A stretch of DNA of 64,000 nt, taken from Strigamia acuminata. Taxonomy: Eukaryota. The first letter of the stretch is position 1, and each line of letters begins with the position of its first letter. The translations under genes and the position numbers were made by a program. The DNA is taken from the NCBI GenBank assembly GCA_949358305.1, contig OX442314.1, forward strand, positions 24,242,001 through 24,306,000, read 5' to 3'. Below the pieces are notes generated by a model that ran no database searches, was not told the DNA's origin, and worked only from the letters and a program-made list of their open reading frames with translations. Positions 11,603-21,989 of this stretch are shown here, in pieces.

Positions 11603-11671
11603 CTAAAAAAAAAATTTTTTAATTATTAGAAAAATTAAAAATTAAAAAAAATTAAAATTTGATTAATAAAC

Positions 11672-11889
11672 CTGTCCTCCAGAATCACTTGGTCATATTC
11701 GCTGGACGAAACAAGAAACAAAATGGAAGTGACACTGTCGAAGCATTGGAACCACTTGTGCCGCTGAGATCTCTGTCCGCCGACGTCCACAAACCGAAAC
11801 GGAATGTCCTTTATGGATACCTCGAATTCCGAAATACCTTTGGTTGCCTTACGAGCGTGAAGAATGTCTTGATTTGATGGGATGTAATC
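11672..11889 (-). CDS. GNA12/13: G-alpha 12/13 exon 3
   Basis: ttgcAG acceptor; [19 protein letters not shown]...[44 protein letters not shown] donor, phase 2. Confidence 0.95.
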
Positions 11890-12311
11890 CTGCAATTCAC
11901 GTTTATTTTTGTTTAAAAAGTGATAAAATTATCAAACTAAACGTTATCTGATTGGGTTTTCGATCCGCTGATAACAAAAATCGCAGTGATTCATAGATTT
12001 ATAAAGATTATTTCGTGAAAAAAGAAAATTTCGACATCAATTTCCCCCCAGAAAAAAAATTAAATCCTTAAAATTCATTTCCTAGATTCCAAAAATTCCC
12101 ACGTGGATAAAGGGCAAATATTTAAAAATAAAAAAGATTACTCATTTCCTTTCCTCTATTTTTTCTTACCAATTACCACCAGGGGGCCACATTAACTTTT
12201 TAATCCTTTAACCAATGCAACAGATGTCGGTTATTTCAGAAATAATTTTATATTTCGAATTTTTAATGCGGTAATTCGAATTTCCTATACAGAAGCTCGA
12301 ATTCTCAATAG

Positions 12312-12437
12312 ATTTCCAATAAAAAATGCGAATTTCTAATAAAAAATGCGAATTTCCAATAAAAAATGCGAATTTTCAATAAAAAATGCGAATTTTCAAT
12401 AAAAAATGCGAATTTTTCATAAAAAAAAGCGAATTTC
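12312..12437. repeat. 20-bp minisatellite in G-alpha intron 2
   Basis: About 6 tandem copies of AATAAAAAATGCGAATTTYC. Confidence 0.9.
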
Positions 12438-12463
12438 AAGTGCAAAACTCAATCTTCTCATAC

Positions 12464-12514
12464 CCTGTCGCCAATCCGATCCAAATTATCGAGAAAATAC
12501 TTAACAGCGTCACA
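12464..12514 (-). CDS. GNA12/13: G-alpha 12/13 exon 2 (51 nt, not in the ORF track)
   Basis: ttttctAG|TGTGAC...GACAGG|GTATGA; encodes CDAVKYFLDNLDRIGDR, equivalent to GESVKYFLDNLDKLGEP of vertebrate G-alpha13; phases 0/0 fit both neighbours. Confidence 0.93.
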
Positions 12515-12595
12515 CTAGAAAAGATAAAATTAAAAAAAAAATCAATAAAACATAATTACTTCATTAATTCATTTTCTTTAATTAGCCAAACAAAC

Positions 12596-13075
12596 CAATT
12601 GAAATTCCTTCCGTCTTTCGAAAGCAGCCTTAATACCCATGTCACTCCACAATTGCACAACAGGATTAACATACTCCAAAAACAATTTCGTGTCTAAACT
12701 CATACCCTGGCCGAACTTGAACACATAGAGGGCGTAATGTTGATTGTCCGCATTCTGCCACTCAATTCCTAATTTATCCCTCGCGTCAATAAGAACCTTC
12801 ATTCCCTTGACGACATTCTCGTAGATGATTGTCCGATACTCGCTAATATCTTTTTCGGCGAAGTTGTAACCGTGAATTATCTTCATTTGTTTCAGGAACG
12901 TGCTTTTACCGCTTTCTCCGGCACCCAGTAACAAAATTTTCACTTGTCTTCTGAACTGTTTTTTATGATTTTCGATCTCTCTGTCGATTTGTTTGCTGCG
13001 GTTTCGTTGCTCTATTTCCTCCTCCGTTAACTTCAATCTGTGGCACCATAAACAAGACCACCTCAAGTCCGCCAT
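12596..13075 (-). CDS. GNA12/13: G-alpha 12/13 (concertina-like) exon 1; full CDS join 13075-12596, 12514-12464, 11889-11672, 11602-11245 = 368 aa
   Basis: AAGATGGCG start; MADLRWSCLWC...KILLLGAGESGKSTFLKQMKIIHG...RRKEFQL|GTTTGT donor. P-loop intact. Confidence 0.93.
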
Positions 13076-13667
13076 CTTCGTTCCGATCACATCACATGAC
13101 GCATCTTTTTTATCTCCGGTTCCGGGATAGCATAATCTATGACACTGTCTTCCACGCAATGCCGACATCTAGTGACAGAATTTCAAAATAAAAATTTAAA
13201 TAAAAATTAAACATTCTGCTTTCTTATTTTTCTGAAAAAAAAATCAGTTCAACTGTTCCAAAAAATAAAAATAAAAAAATAAAAACTCAGTGATGTCTAT
13301 CCATATTAAAATAAAACTAAAACTACGGCGCTCCGTGTCGATATCGCAGCCATTGACCAGCCAGCTTTAAGCACGTCCGTTTTTGTGTCATTTTTCGCAA
13401 AATTTCTTTCTGCGGGAAACAATTGGGCAAAGCGATTTCATTAAAACTAAATTTCACTTATAATCAAGCGTGGTGCGCCGGACCAATGGCGTGTTTATCA
13501 CTTAATATTCGGCGCATCGAACACCCAATGAGGATCGAGGGGCGTGCGCGGGTCGCACGTTCGCTCCGCCTCGGCGTGTAATTTGTTTGGCGGGGGAGGA
13601 AATGAGTCGGCGGCTGTGTCTGTGGACTCGGGTTCGCGTGGCGGGTTTAGCAGGTGCCAAATGCAAA
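13076..13667. promoter_or_regulatory. Divergent intergenic region holding both promoters/5' UTRs (G-alpha12/13 and Uncx-a)
   Basis: 592 nt between divergent start codons; CCAAT box at 13483-13487; A-rich tract 13185-13322; CpG-rich toward Uncx-a. Confidence 0.6.
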
Positions 13668-14019
13668 ATGGACATGCGTCTGTTGGAGTCGTGTCCTCTC
13701 GGCTCGGCGCACATGCTGTCCCGACTCGGGGCGAGGCCCCTGCCGGTCGGCCCTTACGCCAATTACGGTTTGGCGCCTTTCGGTCTGTCACTTCCGCCTC
13801 ACGCGTCGTTCGAAGCAGGGAGTTACGCCGGTCAATTTGCTTCGTCCATTCCCTTCACGATCGACGGGATACTCAGGGGTCACGGAACACTCAACGTGCT
13901 AAACCCCAACGTTCTGTGCTCGGCCCGATGCGTTCTTTCTCCAGCATCTTCCGACCGATCCGCGCCCAGTCCCGGACAATCCATTCCGTCCCAGGCCGGT
14001 CACGCTTCCTCCAAAAAAG
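13668..14019 (+). CDS. unc-4: Unc-4/Uncx paralog A exon 1; full CDS join 13668-14019, 14721-14902, 21342-21989 = 393 aa
   Basis: AAAATGG start; MDMRLLES resembles vertebrate UNCX MDGRLLE; eh1-like PFTIDGIL; phase-1 donor G|GTCGGC fits exon 2. Confidence 0.82.
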
Positions 14020-14029
14020 GTCGGCTATA

Positions 14030-14660
14030 ACCACAATCATTTTATCAAACAACAATCAACTCGCAACTCAAATCTTGCACTGTTGCGCTTTGATTGTTGT
14101 GTTTTGTTTTGTTTGTTGCAAACATAATAACAATGCATTGTTGTTGTTTTTTTTAAACAACAATCAGTTAAGTTACAATTTTTTTTCGTTTGTTTCGTTT
14201 TTATTGTTGTGTTGTGTTGTGTTTGTTGCAAAGATCGCATTGTTTTTTTTTTCTTTTTCTTTAACAACAATCATTTTTTTTTCACAAAAAAATTTCATTT
14301 GTTGAGTTTTGATTGTTGTGTTGTTTGTTGCAAAGATCACAACAATGCATTGGTGGTTTTTGTTTTTTTTTTTTTTTTAACAACAATCATTCATTCACAA
14401 CGATCAAACGCAACAACAATTTTTTTGCTGTCACCGCACGTTTTGATTGTTGCGTTGTTTGTGTTAGTTGCAAACGTTACAACAATGCATCAGTAAATTT
14501 TTTTTAAACAACAAACATTCCCAACAACAATCGCAACAAAAATCCTTCATCGTTACATTCTGATTACATTACAACAATGTATCGTTGTTGTGTTTTTGTT
14601 GACCAACAATCAATCCCATTGTCATCATCGCGTCGAAATCGTTTTGTTTTGTTGCGTTGT
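14030..14660. repeat. Degenerate tandem/palindromic AACAA-TTGTT array in Uncx-a intron 1
   Basis: About four 100-140 bp units starting GTTWGTTGCAAA (14111, 14221, 14323, 14463), each ending in an AACAACAA motif. Confidence 0.7.
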
Positions 14661-14720
14661 TTGTTTTTCGAATTCCGAAACCGAGAGTGAAAACAGGTGT
14701 TTCGTTATCGCCTTTTCCAG

Positions 14721-14902
14721 ATTGCGAATCCGACTGCAAGGGAGATAATAGCCAGGCGTCAAAACGAAGACGGACGAGGACCAATTTCAACGCGTGGCAA
14801 TTGGAAGAGTTGGAAAGGGCATTTGAAGCCAGTCATTATCCGGACATCTTCATGAGAGAAGCTTTGGCTATGAGGCTCGATTTGGTCGAGTCACGCGTAC
14901 AG
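14721..14902 (+). CDS. unc-4: Unc-4/Uncx paralog A exon 2 (homeodomain N-terminal part)
   Basis: ttttccAG acceptor; [53 protein letters not shown], the PRD-class intron position between Q and VWFQN. Confidence 0.97.
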
Positions 14903-17900
14903 GTAAGCTTACCGCCACTCATTTGCCTAACAAACCCCATAGATAGCGGCTTTTAAAAAAAAAAAACTCAATTGCTCCCATCATCCCACTCTTTTAAGCC
15001 GATTGGTCCAATAAACCCCCAACAAGCCCCCAAAAAGAAAACAAAAACAATTACACGAGTGGACAGTAATTTTAATAACATAATTTGAATAATTAAGTGA
15101 AAGCAATACATGTGTATTGAGCAGATAGTGGAGCCGCACGGTGTGGGAAAGCGGCAACTATTAATGGAATAGAAAACGCATTTTGCATCCTCGTCACATT
15201 CGTGCGCAGCAGATTGGGGTGTGCGGTTCGCGGAGTAACGAGTTTGTCGGGGCCTGGGGCCCTTTAAAAATTGAGATGAAATGACAGGCTGCAAACTGGG
15301 CCCGGCCTTCGCCTTAAAGAAGCTTGCTCGAGAAGTCGAGGTGTTAATTATGTGTCAAGAGAGTAATAATTGATTTTTGCAAACTGGTTTCGCCCTCTCT
15401 CATCCGCTGCACACACAATTAAGGCCAACGTGATTTAACGCACGACAATTGTTTATGGTGTTGTTTATCATCGACAACAGACGAGGTAGCCGCGCCCCCT
15501 AAACATCGCCGGTCCCGAGTGGCAATCATCCGACAGACGAGCGAAACGTCTTCATCCCGTGTCAGATTTTGATTAATGGCGCCGTTTCCTTCGCAACGAG
15601 CTAGGCGACCCGTACACTCGATTTTCTTCTTTTATCCTGCGAGAAAGTTTATTAAAATTTAATTTAATTTTTAAAAAAAAAATTGTTTTGATTTTACGAT
15701 GATTTTATCGCGTTGCGGATGGTCCTTTGTGTAGCACGGCGCCATTAACGCACAGATGTGCATCATTTCAGACTAATTTCCTCCGAATTAATTTTATAAC
15801 CGGAAGATTAAATTTGTTTCGTAAATCTGATACATGCTTACCGAGTGATTATAAAACGGCTCGGGTCACGTGTTTTCGAGCGAGTTTATCGCGCGGGGAG
15901 CTATCGGCAGACCGATACATCGCTTTTGTTTTGTTGTGTGGATGCGTTTGGGTTGCGATGGTTGATAAAAAGCGAGGAGAAGCGGAGATGGGATTATTTT
16001 TCTTTTTCTTTCGAGCATTCTCCACGCCCAGAATCAATTAATCGCAAAAAGGTGAATTCCAAAGCGAGAGGTTGGCTGCCTGCTCGTAATTTACCAACAT
16101 CGTTATCGGGAACAAAATGCTTAATTAGGCAAGTTACATTGCCGAGAAACATGACCAATGGGCCAACAGGTGCGAAAAACCGGCTTTACGTGCGATCAAT
16201 AATCTTCAAACATGAGCCTCAAACTAATAATTAATTTTTGCTAAGAAAAAAAAATTTTGGTGGGGGGGGGGGGGTGTGGGGTAAAAAAAATTCAAGGCTG
16301 TGCTATCAAGATGTGGGCTATAGGCCTAACATGGCAGACCAGTGACCTCGCAATTTTAATTTAAATCAGAAGTTTTTTAATTTCTTCGATCCAGTTTAAT
16401 GATTCGATATTTTTTTTTTTTTAAAAATGGAATAAAATAAAAATATTGCCATTCAATTACTCTTTAGTTAATTAGGTTTTCTGCACGAACTTGATTACCC
16501 GTTTAACTAATTAAGTCCATCAATTAATCACATGTCATCGAAGTATTCACGTTTGATAATTTGCACAGCTGGGATCAGGGAGAGCATGCGTAAATTGCGT
16601 CAACACAGAGGTGAAAAGAACTTATAATTAACTCGAATCACTTACCGAGTTTACATAGAAAATTGAACGTGCAGACAAATTCAGTTTTCCGCAAAAGACG
16701 TGCAAATTTGGAAAACTAAAATTCCATTTGTGCAAGGTATAAAGTTCGTCCACCCCTCCATTTGTTACATAAAATAACTTCTGTGATTGTTACAGAAATG
16801 ACAATTTATTTCTGATATCATTACAATAAAATAATGTTATCCCTATATTTTCAATGTATTTAAACAATAAATAAATAAATAAATAAATCCAAAAAAGCTC
16901 GTTTTGCGCCATTGCCGTTTGGAATGTCGTTCTTACCTTGATATTTCGTACCTTTTATAAATGAAAAATGATATTTTATAACAAATTTAGTTTTAGCAGA
17001 TAACTAAAATAGAATTTGATCTATGAGTTGAATTGAATTGAATGCAAGAGCGCAATTTTCGGCGTATTTGTTTTTATGCAGTTTTGAAGGGCAGAAAATC
17101 AAACAAGTAGATGGCGGTGCTCGGAGGTGTAAATGCGATTGCGAGGGCGATGAAATTTGTCAGGTGTTTCTCGGAGATGTTTCTTTCTCACCAACACCCT
17201 TAAGATTGCACGCTTGTCCGCCCCCTCACGTCTTTCCCGCCGAGGGGTGGAGAGTAAAATGTCAGGAAACCAATTAATATGAGCAACAAACACACACCGG
17301 GAGAGGGGAATGTGGGTTGCTTGGAGCCGTGGAGGTGAGCAGGGGGTAGGAGTGGTGAAGAAGAAGGATGAACGGATAGTGGATTCGTATACACAGATAC
17401 AGAAGCGCGTGCACTCGTGTCGTAAACGGGGCGCATTCAGTTTAATAGCGAGTGGAGTGGAGTGGATGAGTAAAGAAACGGTGAAAATCTTTTCGAATCC
17501 TGCGTTGCATTTCCCACAAGAGTTTCACAAATTAGAAAGAACGCCTCGCCGTGTCAGTTGCAGCGTATGCCCAAATTTCTCCAAGGTATTTAAAGCAATT
17601 TGGAAAGAAAATCCATTAGACGCGAGCCTTTCAAATTACAGCGCTCTGGAGAATCGCCTCCAAATTATGCCGGAACGTAAAGTGGAAAACCACCGCGAGC
17701 AGGCGCGCGCCGTCACTAATCACGTGCCCCTCGATTGAAATTGTTAACCGGCCCTAAACAATAATTACCGGCGCCAACTTAAGCGTGCTAAGCGGTCTCC
17801 ACCAATCAGCGTAAAGTGTCACTGTTGCACCTCAATTTCCACCTTTTTTAAATGCTCTGATAGAACGCGGGATAGCCATTCAACGCCCACCATATCGTTC

Positions 17901-18042
17901 AAAAATATATTTTACAGTGCATTCCAAAATGTTGAGCATTAAATAATGCATTGCCATTTCGTAATACAATTTAAAAAATGCATTCATATTTGACAAATAA
18001 TAATATTGGGAATGCATCTCAAAATACATTACATTTTACATT

Positions 18043-18318
18043 GTATTTTACCGATTAAGAGTCGCCCTCGAATTGTAGCCGCGGCTGAGACACCAAGAAT
18101 ACGGTATTTTTGCAAAAGTACGGTATTGTTTCCGTATTTAATCTCACGAACGATGAACGTACGCTTCGTTTGTGACGTTCAGACTTTGTTTGTTACATTA
18201 AACAAATGTAACAAACGAAAAACCGAAATTGTAATTGCTGAAAAAAATGGCAGTTTTGAATAAGAGCCGTGGCTATCTATTGATAGAACACCCGCGTTCT
18301 ATTAAAACATTTACGGTA
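18043..18318. mobile_element. Tc2/pogo-like MITE, copy 1
   Basis: Highly similar over about 230 bp to 57621-57876; ends TTTACGGTA. Confidence 0.75.
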
Positions 18319-21300
18319 TTTATTTATTAAGCTACAACATGGGGCTCTTATATGGGTACTAAATTCTAATAATTCTGACAGCTTTTTCTGCAGGTTTGTG
18401 CACGAAACGTTTAGTTAGTTAATCGGAGGTTAAAATAGAAAACACAATTAAGTGATCCAAAGATTAGTACAAGTATTTACGTACGGAAATCAATTGTGTA
18501 ATGAAAATAGCTTATTTGCGTGCGTATTACAAGAATTCAACGACGAGAATCAACAAAATTTATTGGCTACAGCCTACTGTAATGCACGCCAATAGATTGT
18601 TAGAAATTTCGAAATTTAAACGATTGTTATGCAAAATTAACAGAAAAGTTTAATTAGGATTTATATAAGATATATTTCGCAAGCATCTCGCTTGTCTTTT
18701 ATTGGATAACAACCAAAATGCACGTATGCGCGTTGCTTTGTTCAATTTTAAAACACGCGCTCGGTATTTCATTATCATTAGAAAATAAAATTAATTTTAT
18801 TTTTGCTTCCAAATTACATTTTAAAATCTTGAAATCTTGGAGTGAACAAAGCTCCACAACCGGTCCACAAACTCCACATCTCTTTGTTAAATGAATGGGG
18901 ATAGGGGATAAAAATCCTTAGGCAAAACAAGATTGATACCGTATACAAACATCGTATTAAAAATGTTATGAAATCAAGAGCTCAATTTGAGCTCATCAGT
19001 TGCTAAGAAAATGAAAGATTGCTGCAATGAATCATGTACACAGTCTTGTCAGTCTGTTTGCTTTTGCAGAACATGTACGCATGGATAAAGCCTCAGCACA
19101 TAAAGATATCCAAGTTATCATTCTACAATGTACTGGAATAATAAAAGATCAATAAAATATAACGATCGAATCGGGGAATTGCGAAATATGGCTGATATTA
19201 TAATTAAATGAGAAACTTTTCTATACTTATTTTGCTATAATACCGATTTGCGCACTCCTATTGTTTCAAAGCAACAATTTAAGACACGTGTGTATTGTTT
19301 CTTGATGCCAAATTCAAACTGTGCATCACATGCTGGGCATGCATTGAACATAGCGATTGTCAAGCTTGTTGCACACAAGGGAAATACAGCAACAATAGTT
19401 CAGTACCACGTTTATTTTAGCATTATTAGGCTTAACCCAGCTAAATAGTAAGTTATCAACTCCGCAGTGTAAATTTAGCATCAGGATACAATAGGATGCG
19501 CTTCTGTCGTTGTTACAGCGGTAAAATCAAGTGTGTTGTAACAAGTGACACTCGCACTCCTTGCTCAACTGACTTAGCCCATACAATTACTGCACATCAG
19601 CGTAAACAAAATAATTGCTTTTTCTTTAAATTCATTTTTTACCACCAACTTCCTCTTCACCTTAAATCGCAAGCCGATCCAGCTGATTGGAACCACAAAC
19701 AGCTTATTTTCCACCTAACTAAACTATGAACGGAAGCAAGCAAGTCCGCCAATAACAAACCAATTTCGCCTCACTTTGGCAAAAACATTATCTCCATCTG
19801 CCCACTGCATGACGGGAGAATGACGAGGCACAAACTTGGTAATAACAAACACCTACAAGCAATTTACTTGTTGGTAACTTCCATCCCTACCCCTAAGACG
19901 GCCTTCAAAACTCGACGAAATTTAAAAGACAAAAAAAAGAAGAGGTAGAACAAAATGCGGCTGATGGAGGGATGGCAGGTAATGAGACTAAGGAGTTAAC
20001 GTGGGGCAAAACAGCTGCCGGAATGGCAAAGAGGCGTGACGACAGGAAACATAACTCACACCTTCGACCGATTACCGTTGATTGGCGGTCCCACTACACC
20101 TTCCTTTGCTTTCCTTCTGGTTCCGGGTGCTCGCGCGTGCAGCTGATGCTCGTGGGAAGGTGGCAAGCGGTGCGCTTAATTATTTCTCCATCAGAGGGCA
20201 GGCAAAATCAACACGGCCATGTAATCACCGACCGACAAACCGGCGAGCAAACTAAATGACTACTTTTCTCCCTTTCGACAAAACACGTTTGCACTCGCTT
20301 ACACGCCATCTTACAGCTACGCTTTTTATACTGCTCGTTATCTTTATTTATTTTCTAATATTGGCTTTGCGGAGAAGCCAAATCCCCGCAGCTCTCGACT
20401 GTATTAACCGCAAAAAGCGACATAAATTGACAAATTGTTAGGAAAAATTTTGGAATTATGCACGAACGAGGCTGTTAATTACTCTGTAAATTTGGTTTTA
20501 ATATTATACATTCTGCACAGGCTATGGTTAAATGTTTACTCTGAATTTCAGAGTAAATTACAGACTAGACGTGTAATTACTAGCAAGTAAATGCATTTAG
20601 TGTCTTATATGTTCTGTAATAAATCACATTTTGCTCGAGTATACTTGGTTCTTGGAATACCGTCAAATTATCATGCGTTTCAAGAAATTTTAAAGTTAAT
20701 TAAGAATAAGTGTTCAATTTTAATACTACAAAGGATCGGTTAGCTGTATTCGAAAAGTCTTTTACTCTGGTTTAGTCTGATTAAATGTGTCATTTGAACA
20801 GTCTTTTGAGCAACAAACGTTTTTAAAATTGCAGTTCTACGTCTTTTGTTGTCTAAAACAAGAGATCTTTTTGTATGCAACTTTATACCGTATATCAGAC
20901 CAAAACAGCAACTGGCACTCACACTCCATATTAGTTTTAAACGTTAAACAATACTCTGACGCACAGAATACAAATATCAAATTAAAACTACTGAAACAAA
21001 ATGATAAATTAAATTTGATAATAATAAACAAAGGAAATTCCAAAAAATACAAAATGTTTACAAGTAATCCGTCAACTGAATACCAAATTTACATTCGATA
21101 ATTTTAGTGTAAATATATTGTTTAAAAATGTTGTTTAGCTCTGCTGTCGTTTTTCTACCGTTATAAAATGCCCATACCATCAAACTATGATTGCATTGTA
21201 GCGCATTTTTCCCAAATTCTTAATTTTTAAATTTATTTTATACACCCACAGGTAACCCCAATCTCCAGTTTTAAATTCCACTAGTCAGCCTAGATTAGTG

Positions 21301-21341
21301 CAAAAAAAACTAAGAAAACTGACTATGTAATCTTTTTGCAG

Positions 21342-21989
21342 GTTTGGTTCCAAAATAGACGCGCTAAATGGCGAAAAAAAGAGAACACAAAAAAGGGACC
21401 CGGACGACCGGCCCACAATGCTCATCCACAAACCTGTTCCGGCGAACCGATCCCGCCGGAAGAGCTGGAAAAGAAAGAAAAAGACAGAAAGGAGAAGAAA
21501 CTTCGAAAAATGCTGGAAAAACAGCAGAAAAAACTCATGGCCAAAGGTGTCAAAGTGGACTTGAATTCGCTTAGAAACGAATTGGAATCGAGGCTCAATA
21601 AAAGCAAGGAGGAGAACGAGGGCGGCAAAAACGCGACGGCAGAAGGCAACACCAACAACCAAAGAACGACGAGTCATTCGGCGAGTGTTAACCAGACGCA
21701 ACATACGCGACTCACGTCTTTCTCAATCGAAAGCATTTTATCGGGTACAACGGGACAAAACACGAGCTCTAATCAATTCCCGAGCAGCAATAAATCCAAC
21801 AACAAAGTCGGTAATAAATTGAACGAGTTTGCTCGTCGAATCGAGTCGAGCAGCGAGTCGCCGGCTATGTGCCACTTTCGGCCGCGAGCGTCGTGCACAG
21901 TGACAGAAATCCCGCATAGACTCGTTTTGATGCCGGAGAACATTTCCGATTGTAGTGACAATGTGTCGTCCATGGATTCCACCACGTAG
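21342..21989 (+). CDS. unc-4: Unc-4/Uncx paralog A exon 3
   Basis: ttttgcAG acceptor; VWFQNRRAKWRKKENTKKGPGRPAHNAHPQTCSGEP (Unc-4 family signature), basic coiled region, eh1 SFSIESIL, stop TAG. Confidence 0.96.
   Translation, partial: VWFQNRRAKWRKKENTKKGPGRPAHNAHPQTCSGEPIPPEELEKKEKDRKEKKLRKMLEKQQKKLMAKGVKVDLNSLRNELESRLNKSKEENEGGKNATAEGNTNNQRTTSHSASVNQTQHTRLTSFSIESILSGTTGQNTSSNQFPSSNKSNNKVGNKLNEFARRIESSSESPAMCHFRPRASCTVTEIPHRLVLMPENISDCSDNVSSMDSTT

Noticed and set aside
13076..13168. Longer G-alpha N-terminus starting MSALRG at 13168
   Set aside because: The ATG at 13075 has a strong context and gives a typical length with N-terminal cysteines. The extension shows no G-alpha similarity, though it cannot be fully excluded.
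13544..14305. 253-aa ORF as an independent gene
   Set aside because: It overlaps Uncx-a exon 1 in another frame and its tail is low-complexity intron repeat. Only the part from ATG 13661 is kept, as a finding.
21285..21704. Antisense hydrophobic ORFs over Uncx exon 3 (also 49329-49651)
   Set aside because: Mirror of Lys/Glu-rich sense codons; no independent evidence.
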